The notes: a model not told the origin generated them from the letters alone. 64,000 nt of DNA from Octopus sinensis (GCF_006345805.1 NC_043000.1:26226001-26290000), one strand, 5' to 3'. Shown: positions 37,024 through 51,345, counted from the first letter of the stretch. A program made the numbers and translations.

Positions 37024-37142
37024 GGCAGCGAGCTGACAGAATCGAAAACACGCCTGACAAAATGTTTAGCGGCATTTCGTCCGTTTTTACGCTCTGAGCT
37101 CAAATTCCGCCGAGGTCGACTTTACCTTTCATCCTTTCGGAT
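37024..37142 (+). mobile_element. SINE family B, 5' part
   Basis: Head plus CAAATTCCGCCGAGGTCGACTTT. Confidence 0.7.
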
Positions 37143-39532
37143 TGACAAAATGTGTACCAGTAATCTTCTCTCATTTCTCTGTACACAAGACTTACAGCTA
37201 TACATCTTTGACTCTCTCTCTCATACCTTTATACATAAAATTCATCGCTTTACATCCTTGGCTGTCTCTCACATCTCTCTATATGATCTTCACTCAGTTA
37301 TCACTTTCTCTGCATCTCAGAATCGTTGATCATTGTCCAATCAGGGCTACTCAATAACCTTCCTTCAAATCTGTCTTAGTTAAAACAAACAGAAGATCGA
37401 AAATAACTTTCTAAGTATGTCTCTCAACATCAATCACAGAAACAACAGCTCCGTTATACAAAAAGAACACTGAAATCACTGCATGAAGCACTAGGCTTGT
37501 TAGAAATAGCAGTCAAATCCCTTTCAAATTACTCACAAAGTTAGGAAAGAAAAAAACACGTTGAATAATGTGGTACTGAATAGAATGGGTTCAAGAAAGA
37601 TAAGGTGGACACAAAACTGGAGTTGCTGATGACAGGCCTACTCAAAGCCGGCTGAATTGGGTCTAAACAACGACGACGACGACCAAGAAAAGAGCAGCAA
37701 TAACTGAAATACGATGGAATCAGTTGTAGACCAATAATTCCATTCTTTTGAATCTATTTTCCTAATCTGTAACCATCAGCATTAGTTTCACTGATCCAAA
37801 CCTACCGGAATCTCCTGATTTCCTCTATGATATGCCAGTGGGAACGACCATTCAAAGTGGTATTTTAAATGTAAAAAAAAAAAGATGACAAATTAAAGAA
37901 GGAATTAATATGACTATTTGTTTTTGACCAAATGGAACCGAAAGAAGAAATTGACGACTAACGTAAAGGAAACAAAAAAAAAAAAAATTCGAAAGCTCGT
38001 ATGGTTTCGTATTCTTTGGTAGTAAACTGGTTTTTATCACAGGAATTATATGCGAGAATATTCGCAAAAGTCAGGGAAACACCTCACATCATCGAAAGTA
38101 GTAGTCTGAGAAAGGTAAAAACTGGACGGTAAATGTTGTTATATCATAAAAGTATTTTATGGTTTAGCTCGTTGAAAATCTATAAATAAAGGCGCTGTTA
38201 TTCACAAATACATGATATGAGATATAATAAAAGTGTTCATGATCTTTGTATGTCCTATGTGACTTTCTAAGGGAAGCAGAGGAAAAGCGAAACATAAGCT
38301 AGATGTCATGTGGCAGTCTTCAGCACTATTTTCGTATACATAAGTTTATACACTCGACCCGAGACTATGGTAGAAATACTTGACCAAGGAGTCAGTCAGT
38401 GGCCCTCAGCTTTAGATCCTAATGGAGTGGAAGGGAACGTCGGTGTTCTATTGGAACATACGTCATGTCTCGTGTATTTGTAGACGTGGCAAAGCACTTC
38501 CCACTCCAGGTTGGATCACAACTGAAATTTTCTAGAAAGACATACTAAGAGCCACATAGAAGATGAGAGAAGGAGAAGAATAGACCTCAGTATAGGAATG
38601 ATAATTTATTTATCGACGTCGAATGTTTGAAATGCAAGGTTGATCTTGAAGGGATTTGAAATTAGAGCGCAGAGAACCAGAAAAAAAAAAAAACGTAAGA
38701 CCATTTATCCGATGTTCTAACAAATTAACCAATTCGCTATCTGAGATCGAAACTAGATCTGCGTGATAAAGAAGCAAATATTTTAAATCCCAAGCATGCA
38801 CCCACAATGTAAAAATATCAGTCATGGACTGTGTGAATGCAGTCAAAGTTAAAAATGTTATTTTATATCCCGTATTAAGAAGAAAAAAAACTACAAAGAA
38901 AAATTTAAACAAATATTATTGACTATCTCCGTATATGTTGCTGTATGTCATCGATAGATTTCTTAATTCATAAAACTGAATTGTTACTGGTTGTCAATAG
39001 GAAAATATTGTAAGAATAAGGGAAAAAGCAAGAGAGATAAATCAATCTAAAGATGCTACTTGCTGTTGAGAAGTTAGCTATCGGGAACAAAAGAACGAAC
39101 GAAGTAGGTTATGGAGAATCCAGAGAAGAGAGGTCACTAAACAAGCAACACTAAATACATTCAATGGGACATCATTGGTAAATATCTCAAGAATATATAA
39201 TATTGTGTAGAAAGAATCAAATCAACAATGCTTCAAATGTATATAATTTTAGTATTTTAGTTATCGAAAGCAACAAAACGAAAAATTGGAAAAAAAAAAT
39301 GGATGTTGGCAGACAAAACAACAAATACAATACTTACTGCAAAAAAAAAAGAAAAAAAAGAAGAGGCTTCATGAGTCGTGGTTATACAATGTAGAGAGAT
39401 GAGTCCTCGGAAGAATATGTAATATATAATATATAATAAAAGGCGGCGCTGCAGTATGGCCACAATCAAAATGACTGAAACAAGTAAAAGAATAAAAGAG
39501 TATATATACACATGCGTGTATGTGTGTATATA

Positions 39533-39602
<70 letters not shown>

Positions 39603-39798
39603 ATATATATGTAGGTATTTACATACATATATACATGCATATACATATATATATATAATATATGTATATACATTCATATATATATGTGTATAAACATACA
39701 TATATGCGCACACATACACCCACCCATATATATACACGCAATTACATAGATGCATACACAACCACACACACAATCTGACTATCTTTCTATCTGACGGA

Positions 39799-39848
<50 letters not shown>

Positions 39849-39904
39849 GCCTGTCAGTCTCTGTCTGTCTGTTTGTCTGTTTGTCAGTCTGTGTGTTTGT
39901 CACA

Positions 39905-40117
39905 GGCGGCGAGGTGGCAGAAACGTTAGCACGCCGGGCGAAATGCTTATCTGTATTTCGTCTGCCGCTACATTCTGAGTTCAAATTCCGCCGAGGTCGA
40001 CTTTGCTTTTCATCCTTTCGGAGTCGATAAATTAAGTACCAGTTGCGTACTGAGGTCGATCTAATCGACTGGCTCCACCATTCCCCAAAATTTCGTGCCT
40101 TGTGACTAGAGTAGAAA
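39905..40117 (+). mobile_element. SINE family B with the alternative tail
   Basis: Full head; tail GTGCCTTGTGACTAGAGTAG. Confidence 0.8.
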
Positions 40118-40204
40118 AAAAAAACTGTGTGTGTGTCCTTCTGTTTCGCTGTCTGTCTGTCTCTCTCTGTATTTGTCTCTGTCTGCTTGCAAGTACTGGG
40201 CTTG

Positions 40205-40854
40205 ATATAATTCACAAGTCTCTACCCCTAACAAATGCTGACTTTGTGTTAAAGATTACAAATAAAGAATTTCAAAAAGTCTCTCGGCAGGGAATCTTTT
40301 CATCCTGCGCATGCGCAATTTGGCTATCACTGCGTGGGCAGCCGGGTGTCAGCCATTGTCCCCCAGTCATTGTGTACCCTTCAGTGTGTCGACATGCTAA
40401 CCATTGAAGAATGTACGTTTTCAGTTGAATGGATGTCTCGAGCTGGAAACAAATACACATATACTGTGAAACAGAAGTTCAGTGAAACTTTTCCAAATAC
40501 CGAACGGGATTTGAAATACAAGCTCAGTGGAAGTTGCAGCAAGAAGCGGTGGGGCCTACTGTTCTTTCAGACGAAACACTCTCCAATATTTCTAATAAAC
40601 TTTTGGCAAGGCCGTCAAAGTCCTTATACAAATTGTCACAGGAAACGGAAATCAGCCTACGAAGTGCTCACATGGCAGCAAAAAAGAAATTAAATTTTAT
40701 GCATTGAAAATGAAGGACGACACTTTCATCACCTCTTATAAAGCTTTTTAAAGTCTTGTAATGTCTAATATATTCTTTTGTAGTCTTATACCATCATATA
40801 AATATTTATTTTGCAATAAAATAGTTACAGCGGTGAGACTTTTTGAACACCCTA
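40205..40854 (+). mobile_element. Decayed, internally deleted Tc1/mariner-superfamily transposon
   Basis: Right TIR GAGACTTTTTGAACACCCTA|TA; left-end matches TTCA(C/AA)AAGTCTC at about 40211 and 40271. ATG 40394 gives MLTIEECTFSVEWMSRAGNKYTYTVKQKFSETFP, resembling an HTH transposase N-terminus (inferred). Confidence 0.55.
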
Positions 40855-40957
40855 TATATTAACATTTGTTTTTATGCAAATTGCAAATAAAATTCTCAGT
40901 CAAAACATTAAGTGACAGATCATTCAATGCCATTCTACAGAAGAATATATTTATTTC

Positions 40958-41351
40958 TTCTCTAGGCACAAGGCCCGAAATTTATGGGGTGGGGTCAGTC
41001 GATTAGATCGATTCCAGTACGCAGCTGGTATTTAATTATTTATCGACTCCGAAAGGATGAAAGGCAAAGTCGACCTCGGCGGAATTTGAACTCAGAACGT
41101 AAAGACAGACGAAATACCTATTTCTTTACTACCCACAAGGGGCTAAACACAGAGAGGACAAACACGGACAGACAAACGGATTAAGTCGATTACATCGACC
41201 CCAGTGCGTAACTGATACTTATTTAATCGACCCCGAAAGGATGAAAGGCAAAGTTGACCTCGGCGGAATTTGAACTCAGAACGTAGCGGCAGACGAAATA
41301 CCACTAAGCATTTCGCCCGGCGTGCTAACGGTTCTGCCAGCTCGCCACCTT
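40958..41351 (-). mobile_element. SINE family B dimer
   Basis: Junction GACGAAATAC|CTATTTCTTT near 41118. Confidence 0.8.
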
Positions 41352-41673
41352 AGAGGAACATATTTATAGTCAACAACTAGTGAAAAGGTTGCAAGAAGCG
41401 ACGAACATTTTAGAAGGAAAATAATAAACGAGGGGAAATTGAACCAGTGAGTGTGTTAATTAATAAGGCGTTAAAACAGAATGAGTCTCCCCAGAAAACA
41501 ACCTAGTTATTTTTTTTAAAGGAAAAAGTTGATAGTTTCTCGGAAGAATCAGATGTGTTGGTTTCTACCGGATTGATTGATACCAGAAACTTCGAAGTAA
41601 TGGTCTACCTTTTCTTTGTATACACACACACAGACACACACGTCTGTAAGCGTCCACATGTATGTATGTATCT

Positions 41674-42000
41674 AGGATCGCGGTTTCGATTCCCAGACCG
41701 GGCGTTGTGTGTGTGTTTATTGAGCGAAAACACCTAAAGCTCCACGAGGCTCCGGCAGGGGATGGTGGTGATCCCTGCTGTACTCTTTCACCACAACTTT
41801 CTCTCACTCTTACTTCCTGTTTCTGTTGTACCTGTATTTCAAAGGGCCGGCCTTGACACTCTCTGTGTCACGCTGAATATCCCCAAGATATATACACGTG
41901 TCTGTGGATTGCTCAGCCACTTACACGTTAATTTCACGAGCAGGCTGTTCCGTTGATTCGGATTAACCGGAACCCTCATCGTCGTAACCGACGGAGTGCT
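41674..42000 (+). mobile_element. SINE family D (5'-clipped)
   Basis: Similar to 8540-8862. Confidence 0.8.
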
Positions 42001-42062
42001 TCTACATGTATATATATATATATATATAGATAGATATAATATATATATATATATAATTATAT

Positions 42063-42110
<48 letters not shown>

Positions 42111-42143
42111 CATATATATGTATATGTATATATATATGCAATC

Positions 42144-42178
<35 letters not shown>

Positions 42179-44861
42179 TATATATATATATGTATATATA
42201 TATACAATTATATATATATATATACATACAATAATATATATATACATATATTTATACATACATATATATGCTAATATTATGTGTGTGTATGTGTGTATAT
42301 GTAAGTGTGTGGTTGTGTATGTGTGTGTGTGTGTCGAATACATTGTGTATTGTGCCTTTTAAATATACTTATATTTATACATACATATATATGCTAATAT
42401 TATGTGTGTGTATGTGTGTATATGTAAGTGTGTGGTTGTGTATGTGTGTGTGTGTGTGTGTCTCGAATACACGTCTATGTCAGCTTCCCTTTGTACAAAT
42501 ATTTATGTTGGCAACTCGTAATTCCTAACTACAAACAGATCATATAAAATTCATGAACAGTTTCAGAAAATCAGGAAAGAAATATATAAAAGTCTGTAAT
42601 AACAATGTATTGCTATTATTTGGAAGAATTCCATTTAGTTTACAATTATTCATCTATCATCCTATAGCACCATAGATTGAAAACTATCAGAATAAAATTT
42701 GTCAAACATAACAAATATCAAATTAGCAGAGAAATAATCCAAACTAAGGACCACTAAGATATGGTCTTTTCTTTTCTTCTTTGATTCTGATAATGTCTTG
42801 GAGAATTTTAATTGGTTAGGATTTCACTGTATTGCACAATTTTCAAGTTGTGCCATTTTCCTATCTCAAGAAATAAATCTTTCAAAGCTGATGATTTATT
42901 GGATAACGTTTATCGATTGCTATTATATGACAGAACCGTGGTAAGATTTCAGTCTCATTTCCATGTTTCGTAATTCATATAAATTACTTTTTCATTTCAG
43001 GATAACAATGCAAACAACTTTTAGAAAAGTATTTAGGAATATTCCTATCGATTGTAACATCACAATAATAAGAAAGTATGGAACGAAGAAAAACCCGAAT
43101 GAACAAAAACTCGATCAAACAAAAAACAAAAAAAAACAAAACAAAACAAAATGTAACTTGATGTTTCCATTATGTCATTGGATGAAACGCAAGAGTTAAT
43201 AGTAACGGATTATTTCATTCTGTTAGGAAATTGATTAAATTTTCTCATTCACTTGGACATTTCTACGAGAGACAATATCGTATGTCTCGCATGGTGTGTA
43301 TTCCGGAACTGAGATATATCTATATTGGGCACAGTAAAAGAGTAGAATTTCACGTCCTGAGAGAGTAATTTGAACTAAATATCACTGAAATGACAATAGT
43401 TTTATATTAAATGAAGGCTGTTTTTTTTGTTCTAGTTTAGATCTACTTATTTAGACTTCTTAATAACATAAAATTAAATACACAAATTGCTAACTTTAAC
43501 ATTATACCACCAAGTTAAAGTTTTGATAAATGCTTTAATGGTGGAAATCAAGACACTTCTTGTATATACCTGCTTCTGACAGCGAACTGTTTGGAATATG
43601 GATATCACTATAGCCTCAAGCATGTATACGACACAACTACTTGGATATCGACTTCATATTTCACTTGACGTAAATAATAAAGAAAAAAAATGTTAAATAT
43701 CTACTTAAGATTAGAAAATGCTGTTGAATAATGAATTTGCTAAATTTTTTGTTGTTCATTTGGTTTTAAGTTAAAGATTTATTAAGCATCTGCGGTATGG
43801 CTACAATTAAAAAAGTAACATCTTTTGATGACGTGGAAGTTTTATGAAGCATCGAGCTTTGAAGAAATCCAGTAATAGAAATTCCGAGAAATTGAATTAT
43901 TGCATGTTATCCAAGCATGATAAAGACTACGAGGCTGGCTTGGCTTTCTATTCACTTGTTTAACTACCATTTTCTTTATACACATCAACCGAATTGTATG
44001 AGGAACACCTGTGCATGATTTTAACCTGCATCTGGTTGTGGAGCCCTGGTTCTGGAGTTCCAGGTTCTTTTAGGAGTGTGGAATCATCTCTTAGTTACTA
44101 CTGTTCCTAGGTCTGTGCTGACCCGGAGTAGCAGCACCAGTCAGAATCCCAGTTAGGGGTTAATTAGCATGTCGCGGTTAATTAAGGGGTTAATTAACAT
44201 TGTCTCCGGAAGGAGGCCATTCACAGACACTCCAAAGGCTCCAGAGCAGATGAGTCTCTTCGGATCTTTAGCTGCTCACTTGAGGAAGGTCACTCCATAC
44301 AAATCTTGCTTCTTGACAACTACTGGCTCCTGGTACTTGCTGCACCAGACCAATACAAGTTTGAAGGAGGAAAGAATCGGGCTGGTTCCGCACAAATAAA
44401 CCTTTGCTGCATTGTGGGATTAAACCCCTGTTGATACGCCTGAGGGAGGGACCCTAAAGCAGATATGTACGGTTATACTTAATCAGTATCTGTCATCACC
44501 TTTAGCTCTATGAATGCTCAAACATATTGACTTGTCTTCCATTGTAATGCACCCATGAGTGGGGAAGTGGTAAGTATATTTGGGGTTAGTCACTTGTTCC
44601 TGGAAACAGTCCAGGCACAGTAGAGGTCGTTAATTTGCTGTCTCTGCAATACCGTCTACCAACGACAAAAAAAGGCAAATAATCATTATTATGAAGGAAA
44701 CAGCTTATATTTAGATGTTTTAACGTTTGTCATGGTACCTGGAAGAAGCATATATCATATGATAAATATTTGCTTTTGTTATATATACTAACTAATTATA
44801 TAACAATTAATTATATAACAATTTATATAATCATAAAATTATAAATTATATAACAATTATA

Positions 44862-45427
44862 TTGGATTGTCTGGAAAATTCGTGCCGATTTTTAAAGGAA
44901 AGAAAAACGTCAATAAATACTTGCCATTACATTTTTAATCAACCAAGTATGAACCATTTTGTTGCGCAATGCGTTTCCATTTTTCCTTTAACTTGAAAAT
45001 ACCCTCTTCCCAAAATTGAGGTGGTTTCATGGCAAAGAATTCATCAAGGTATCTTTTTACGTCATCCAAAGAATTGAGACTTTTACAATTAAGACTATTC
45101 TGCAGAGACCCGAATAAGTGGAAATCCGAAGGAGCAATATCTGGTGAATATGGAGGGCGAGGTAACACATCCCAGCCGAGCTGCAGCAATTTTTGTCTGG
45201 TTCCCAAAGCATCAAGTGCCGAAAATAAAATTTCGTATATTCCATTTTAAAGGGTTACAGAATTAACACAGGTTATAGGAACATAAACCTTCTTCCACGA
45301 AAAGATAGCTTAAACTGTGTTCCAAATGGAGGTGTAGTCAAATCCTATTTTATGGACTCAACCATGTTCTACAATAAGTCGAAAGGTAAGCTGCTATAAA
45401 TCGGCACGAACTTTCCGGACAACCCAA
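44862..45427 (-). mobile_element. Internally deleted mariner (DD34D), 566 bp
   Basis: About 30-bp TIRs TTGG(A/G)TTGTC(T/C)GGAAA(A/G)TTCGTGCCGATTT with TA on both flanks. ATG 45245 (MEYTKFYFRHLMLWE) is joined out of frame to the C-terminus containing PPYSPDIAPSDFHLF. Confidence 0.9.
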
Positions 45428-45954
45428 TATTTTATACGATTATGAATGTCTCTGCCCTTACGATCATGATAAAATGCAACACCAAATTCTGAAACTTTGG
45501 TGCATTCAAAGCAATGATTAGTAAATATATATATATATATGCGTGTGTGTGTTTGTATTTGGTTTGGTCCCCCAATAATCGCTGTGTGGGTTTGTTTACA
45601 TTTTTGAAAGTATCACTTATTGGTAGAATTGTTAGAAGGCCAGGTGAAATGTCTTGTGGGACTGGTCCCAGTTCTTTGCATTTTGGGGAGTTGGGTGGTC
45701 GATTTTATCGATCGCGCAAACCAACGCCACTAAATGGTACTTTGATATATTTAATGGGGATCGCTCAGTTGTTAGAACTCTTTTATTAGGGCCACATCTC
45801 CAGCTTGAGCATAACTTTCATCCACAAGTCTCGGGGCCTCTGTGAAGACACAAGGCCATAAGTGCAGCCCATCTTTCCTTGACTAAACAATAAAAAAGAA
45901 GAAAACTGTCGAAAGTATGAAAACTATGTAAATCGCATATGAAATATCTCTCTT

Positions 45955-46300
45955 TATCTTTTTTTGTTTCAGTCATTGCACTACGACCACGCTGGGAAAT
46001 AACCTTGAAAAATTTTAGTCGAACAAATAGACTCCCAGTAAATTTTTGTTAGTTTAGTACTAATTTTATCGGTATCTCTTGCCGAAACGCTAAGTTACGA
46101 GGGACGTAAACAAACCAACACACATGCAGACACAGACGTACAGACATACAGACACACACATGACGGGCTTCTATACAGTTTCCTTCGAGCAAATACATTC
46201 ACAAAGTATTCGTTAGTCCGGAGCTATAATGGAAGACGTTCACTGATGGTTCTGTACAGTGGAACTGAACCCAAGACCATGCAGTTGGAAAGCGAGCTTG
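45955..46300 (-). mobile_element. SINE family A (old)
   Basis: Diverged tail, body and head blocks. Confidence 0.65.
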
Positions 46301-46309
46301 TTAGCCCAT

Positions 46310-46538
46310 TTCTTTACTACCCACAAGGGCTAAACACATAGAGGAAAAACAAGGACAGACAAACGGATTAAGTCGATTATATCGACCCCAGTCCGTAACT
46401 GGTACTTATTTAATCGACCCCGAAAGGATGAAAGGCAAAGTCGACCTCAGCGGAATTTGAACTCAGAACGTAGCAGCAGATGAAATAATGCTAAGCATTT
46501 CGCCCGGCGTGCTAACGTTTCTGCCTGCTCGCCGCCTT
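46310..46538 (-). mobile_element. SINE family B
   Basis: Similar to 17608-17837. Confidence 0.85.
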
Positions 46539-47239
46539 AAAGCTTGTTAACCATACAACAATGCCTGCATTTATTTGATGAATAAATAAATAAATAAATA
46601 AATATATAAATAAACGAAATTGAGAGCAGTCGGTAGATCTTGAACTGGCATCTTTATACTACATGACTTTTGAGATCTTTTGAGTCCCGTATTAATATCT
46701 CAATATTAACCGCTATAAGTTTCTGAGTCTGCGCGTCTCCGTCGCTCGTCTTTTAGTTCGATATGATTGCTAGCAATACAAAGTTGACCCTATGACCTCT
46801 TGTCTGTTATTTGATATGAAAACGGCAGCAGCAGCAGTAGCGGCGGCGGCGGCAGAAGCAGCAGCAGTGGCATTAGATTTGGTCAGACCGTTTTAAGGAA
46901 AATAAATGTAGTTTTCTTACGATCTGTAAGATCAACAATTTTAATTAAATTCATCGACTAAATTTATTTATTTAATTTATTGATAGGTTGAAACAGTTCG
47001 CGAAGCGGAATAAATGAATTTATTGATAGTTAACCTACGTCTGAACGGTGAATATATGTTTACACTTAAAGAAATGTTCAGTTAGTTTCGAAAGAAGTTC
47101 GTCTTTGCTCCGTCAGTCAATTTCATAGGATACTGATATAAGAAATGAAAGCTCCACTTTTAGGATGCTATCTCTAGTGCCATGCTACCCACATATACCT
47201 GATACTTGAGTTTTAGTACCAAGTACTTATAGCTGTATA

Positions 47240-47631
47240 CTAGCAGTATCGCCCGGCGCTGCTCGGGTTTGTTTCGACCAGTTAGAATTGAAATTTTTGA
47301 AAAATAAAAATTCTGCATTATGTAGCTTGTTATTCTCTTTAAGTGAACATTTTTCTGGTTGAAGTACACCGAAAAATGGCGACACAACAGTAAAAAAATT
47401 GTAAAAAATGGGATTTTCATAGAAAAAAAAGCACTTTTTTGATGTAAATAATTTTTGGTATTAACATGGTCCAATTTGAATTTTTTCTTCTACGGAAGGA
47501 AGAGCAAGCCTTCTTCTATCATACTCTCAATTTTGGTCAACATGCGCCCCAGGATCTCGGAGGAGATAGAGTTAGTTGAAGGCTACCAAACCTGCCATAC
47601 ACAGACAACTTCAGCTTTATACATATAGAGA
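47240..47631 (-). mobile_element. Non-autonomous Helitron
   Basis: Minus strand A|TCTCTATATGTATAAAG ... ACAAACCCGAGCAGCGCCGGGCGATACTGCTAG|T. Confidence 0.85.
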
Positions 47632-47979
47632 TAAGTTCTTACCTGATCTTATGCAGGAAACAGAAAACATGAATATTGACATTATGGGTAAATAAAAAAA
47701 TCAGCTAGACACATGATGGTAAAACTGTAGGAGACAAATCCTTCGGTGATGTAGTCGTTTGCGATTCTTGTGTGAAAGAGTACAGAAAATAAGTGGGAAT
47801 CGGTATAAAAAAAAGTTATTATAAAATCTTAGTTGGATACAATTTCAGATAAAGTGATAATGATGAAGCAACAAGGAAGATAATATCATTATTATTCACG
47901 TTACATTTTTATACAAGAATAACTGAATAGCCATTATTAAGGATATTTCTCAATTCCTCTCTGAAAGTGGCTTATATAC

Positions 47980-48250
47980 TCTTTTACTCTTTTACTCTTT
48001 TAGCTGTATCAGTCATTTGACTGTGGCCATGCTGGAGCACCGCCTTTAGTCGAGCAAATCGACCCCAGGACTTATTCTTTGTAAGCCTAGTATTTATTCT
48101 ATCGGTCTCTTTTACCGAGCCGCTAAGTTACGGGTACGTAAACACACCAGCATCAGTTGTCAAGCGATGCTGGGGGACAAACACAGACACACAAATATAT
48201 ACACACACATGCATACATACATACATACATACATACATACATACATACAT

Positions 48251-48338
<88 letters not shown>

Positions 48339-48499
48339 TCATATGTATGACGGGTTTCTTTCAGTTTCCGTCAACCAAATCCACTCACAAGGCTTTGGTC
48401 GGCCCGAGGCTATAGTAGAAGACACTTGCCCAAGGTGCCACACTACTGTGTGGCACTGAACCCGGAAGCAAGCTACGTACCACACAGCCACTCCTACGC
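47980..48499 (-). mobile_element. SINE family A, full length with expanded microsatellite
   Basis: Similar to 10083-10494. Confidence 0.85.
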
Positions 48500-48862
48500 C
48501 TATATGGAAACCTTTGCTCAAGTACCAATGCATTATATGTAAAACTATTCTAGAAACAGCTGTAAGAGAATTAACAGACTATTTCTGAATCCCTTATTTA
48601 CTCCACCCAGCAATTATGTTTGAATTATAAATGACATGCTTTAAAGTGAAATCACAGGATTCGCCTGTTCATTCGCTCTTTCTAAAATACAGAATATCTA
48701 TGAGGAAGAGGCAGAAGAATTTACCCACAAAAATTGAAAATGTAATAAATGTGCTAAAACCGAAGAAACCACAGTTATAATGTGAGACGATTTTAATGTA
48801 AATGTTATCAGGGAAACCATCAACAATGTAAGGAAGAGGTCAGTGGGTGAGAGAAATGAAGC

Positions 48863-49079
48863 AGGCGGTGAGCTGGCAGAATCTTTAGCACGCCGGGCGA
48901 AATGCATATCAGTATTTCGTCTGCCGTTACATTCTGAGTTCAAATTCCGCCGAGGTCGACTTTGCCTTTCATCCTTTCGGGGTCGATAAATTAAGTACCA
49001 GTTACGCACTGGGGTCGATATATTCGACTTAATCCCTTTGTCTGTCCTTGTTTGGCCCCCTGTGAGCAATAAAGAAATA
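48863..49079 (+). mobile_element. SINE family B with TSD
   Basis: AGAAATGAAGC duplicated at 48852-48862 and 49080-49090. Confidence 0.9.
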
Positions 49080-50242
49080 AGAAATGAAGCAGGCGACCAG
49101 CCGATCTAGTTTTTTTTTTATCAAAGAAAAACTTAATGGTCACTAATTTTCTATTATAGCAAGCATCAAGAGAATTATTCATTGGGAAGAATCCAGGTGC
49201 CACAACAAGGAATTTGATAGACTATTTACTGATAACACAAACCGGTTTAAAAACTGTGAGAAACTTGTAAAAATGTACCTTGCAGCAGATATCAATTCCG
49301 ACCAAAATCTAGTGGTAATTAAATTACAAGTCAAACTTAATAAAATGAAAATGGTTAAAAGACGAGAACAATTAAACTTAAACTTGCTAAAAACGATAGA
49401 ATACAAACAGAAATTCTAATACGAAACAAGTATGAATATTTACTCAATGAACAAAACAACGAAACAAAGCAAAATATAATAAAATAAAGAAGCATGTAAT
49501 ACAGAATGAATGGAAGGAAAATGGAACACAATTAAAAGTTGCATGCAAACATCACCAGAGAAAACATTGGAATAGTGCCTGAAAGGAAAAGAAGAAAAAT
49601 GGATTTCTAATGAAATTGTATCAGAAAAGTAGAAGAAAAGAGATCGAGCTAGATTATAACATTTTAAATAAAGAGATCTGCTCTGAATGCAGAAAAGCAA
49701 AGACCGAATTGTTGGATGATCAATGTCAAGTAGCTAAAAAACTTATTAAGCAGCATATATATCCAAAGGAATGAACGATAAAAATAAATAACACCATAAA
49801 CAGAAAATACATGAGTAAACAAAGTGATAACATTGAAGATAAAACAAAGCGAAACGAACCTACTGCTTGATCATGAGAAGATTGTATCTAGATGGGATGG
49901 AAAGATACAAGAAAAGCACGATGGTGAGAAAAGAACGCCTACGATTAATTTTGTAACTTCTAATGGCAGCAAAATCTCAAAATAAGTAGAGATAAAAAAC
50001 AATGAATGTCAATGAAAGACAGAAGACAACAACTTTCGAAAAGGTTGCAAGACGCAACGAGAATTTTATAAAAATAGATAAGTAAATGAGTGGAAATTTT
50101 ACCGGTGAGTGTGTTAAATAATAAGGTACTAAAAGAGAATGAATCTCCCCAGACACAACAGAATATGCTTCAATACTCGAACTCACATAAAGAATTTTGC
50201 AAGCCAAATCTAAAAACGAAAGACAGAAAGTTCTTCAGCAAG

Positions 50243-50471
50243 GCAGCATGCTGGCAGAAACGTTAGCAAGCCGGGCGAAATGCGTACCCGTATTTCGTCT
50301 GCCGTCACGTTCTGAGTTCAAACTCCGCCAAGGTCGACTTTACTTTTCATCCTTTCGGGGTCGACTAAATAAGTACCAGTTACGCACTGGGGTCGATATA
50401 ATCGACTTAATCCCTTTGTCTGTGCTTGTTTGTCACCTCTATGTTTAGCCCTTTGTGGGCAGTAAAGAAAT
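50243..50471 (+). mobile_element. SINE family B
   Basis: Flanked by an AAAGTTCT duplication. Confidence 0.85.
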
Positions 50472-50909
50472 AAAGTTCTCTAGAAATAATTTGAGATGCT
50501 AACATATGCTTCATATGTTATACCAATGCATTTGACAGAAAGTCGAATGTCTGTTAGAACTGGAAAGAATATGATGAAGATTTACAACTAACAAAAATTC
50601 TACTGGGAGTAATCAACAACTGTAAAGACTGAAGGAGGAAAACCTCAGAATTTAAAATTAAGGAAAGAATCAAGGAAGGCTCTACAGTAAGCTCTTCTTT
50701 ATTTAGCCTATAAACTGAGATCTTCTAACACGCAGACGACATGACAATAGTGTCGATAAGAACTATGATCAATAATAATAACAAAACAACAACGACAGCC
50801 TTAGACGTCTTATTAGATTTCAAGAGAGGTAATCTACGGGACCTAGTGACAATAGTAAATGGCAAAAGGAATGTTATATGGAATGGGAAATATGGAATGC
50901 AAAATAAGC

Positions 50910-51081
50910 AATGAGTGGCTGTGTGTAAATAGCTTGCTTAGCAACCACATAGTTCCGGGTTCAGTCACACTGCGTGGCACCTTGGGCAAGTGTCTTCTCC
51001 TATAGCCTCGGGCCGACCAAAGCCTTGTGAGTGAATATGGTAGACGGAAACTGAAAGAAGCCCATTGTATATATGTATTTA

Positions 51082-51136
<55 letters not shown>

Positions 51137-51345
51137 ATATATGTGTGTGTATGTGTTTGTGTCTGTGTCCCCTCACCATCACTTGACAACCGATGCTTGT
51201 ATGTTTACGTTCCCGTAACTTAGCGGTTCAGCTTAAAAGACCGATAGAATAAATACTTGGCTTACAAAGAATAAGTCCTGGGATCGATAAAGGCGGTGCA
51301 CCAGCATGGCCGCAGTCAAATGACTTAAACAAACAAACAAATAAA
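50910..51345 (+). mobile_element. SINE family A
   Basis: Head GAGTGGCTGTGTG through tail GGCGGTGCACCAGCATGGCCGCAGTCAAATGAC. Confidence 0.85.

Noticed and set aside
37617-37670. CTGATGA...GAAT...GTC hammerhead-like string
   Set aside because: GAAA is absent and stem I is out of register; the context looks like a retroposon tail ending in (CAA/CGA)n.
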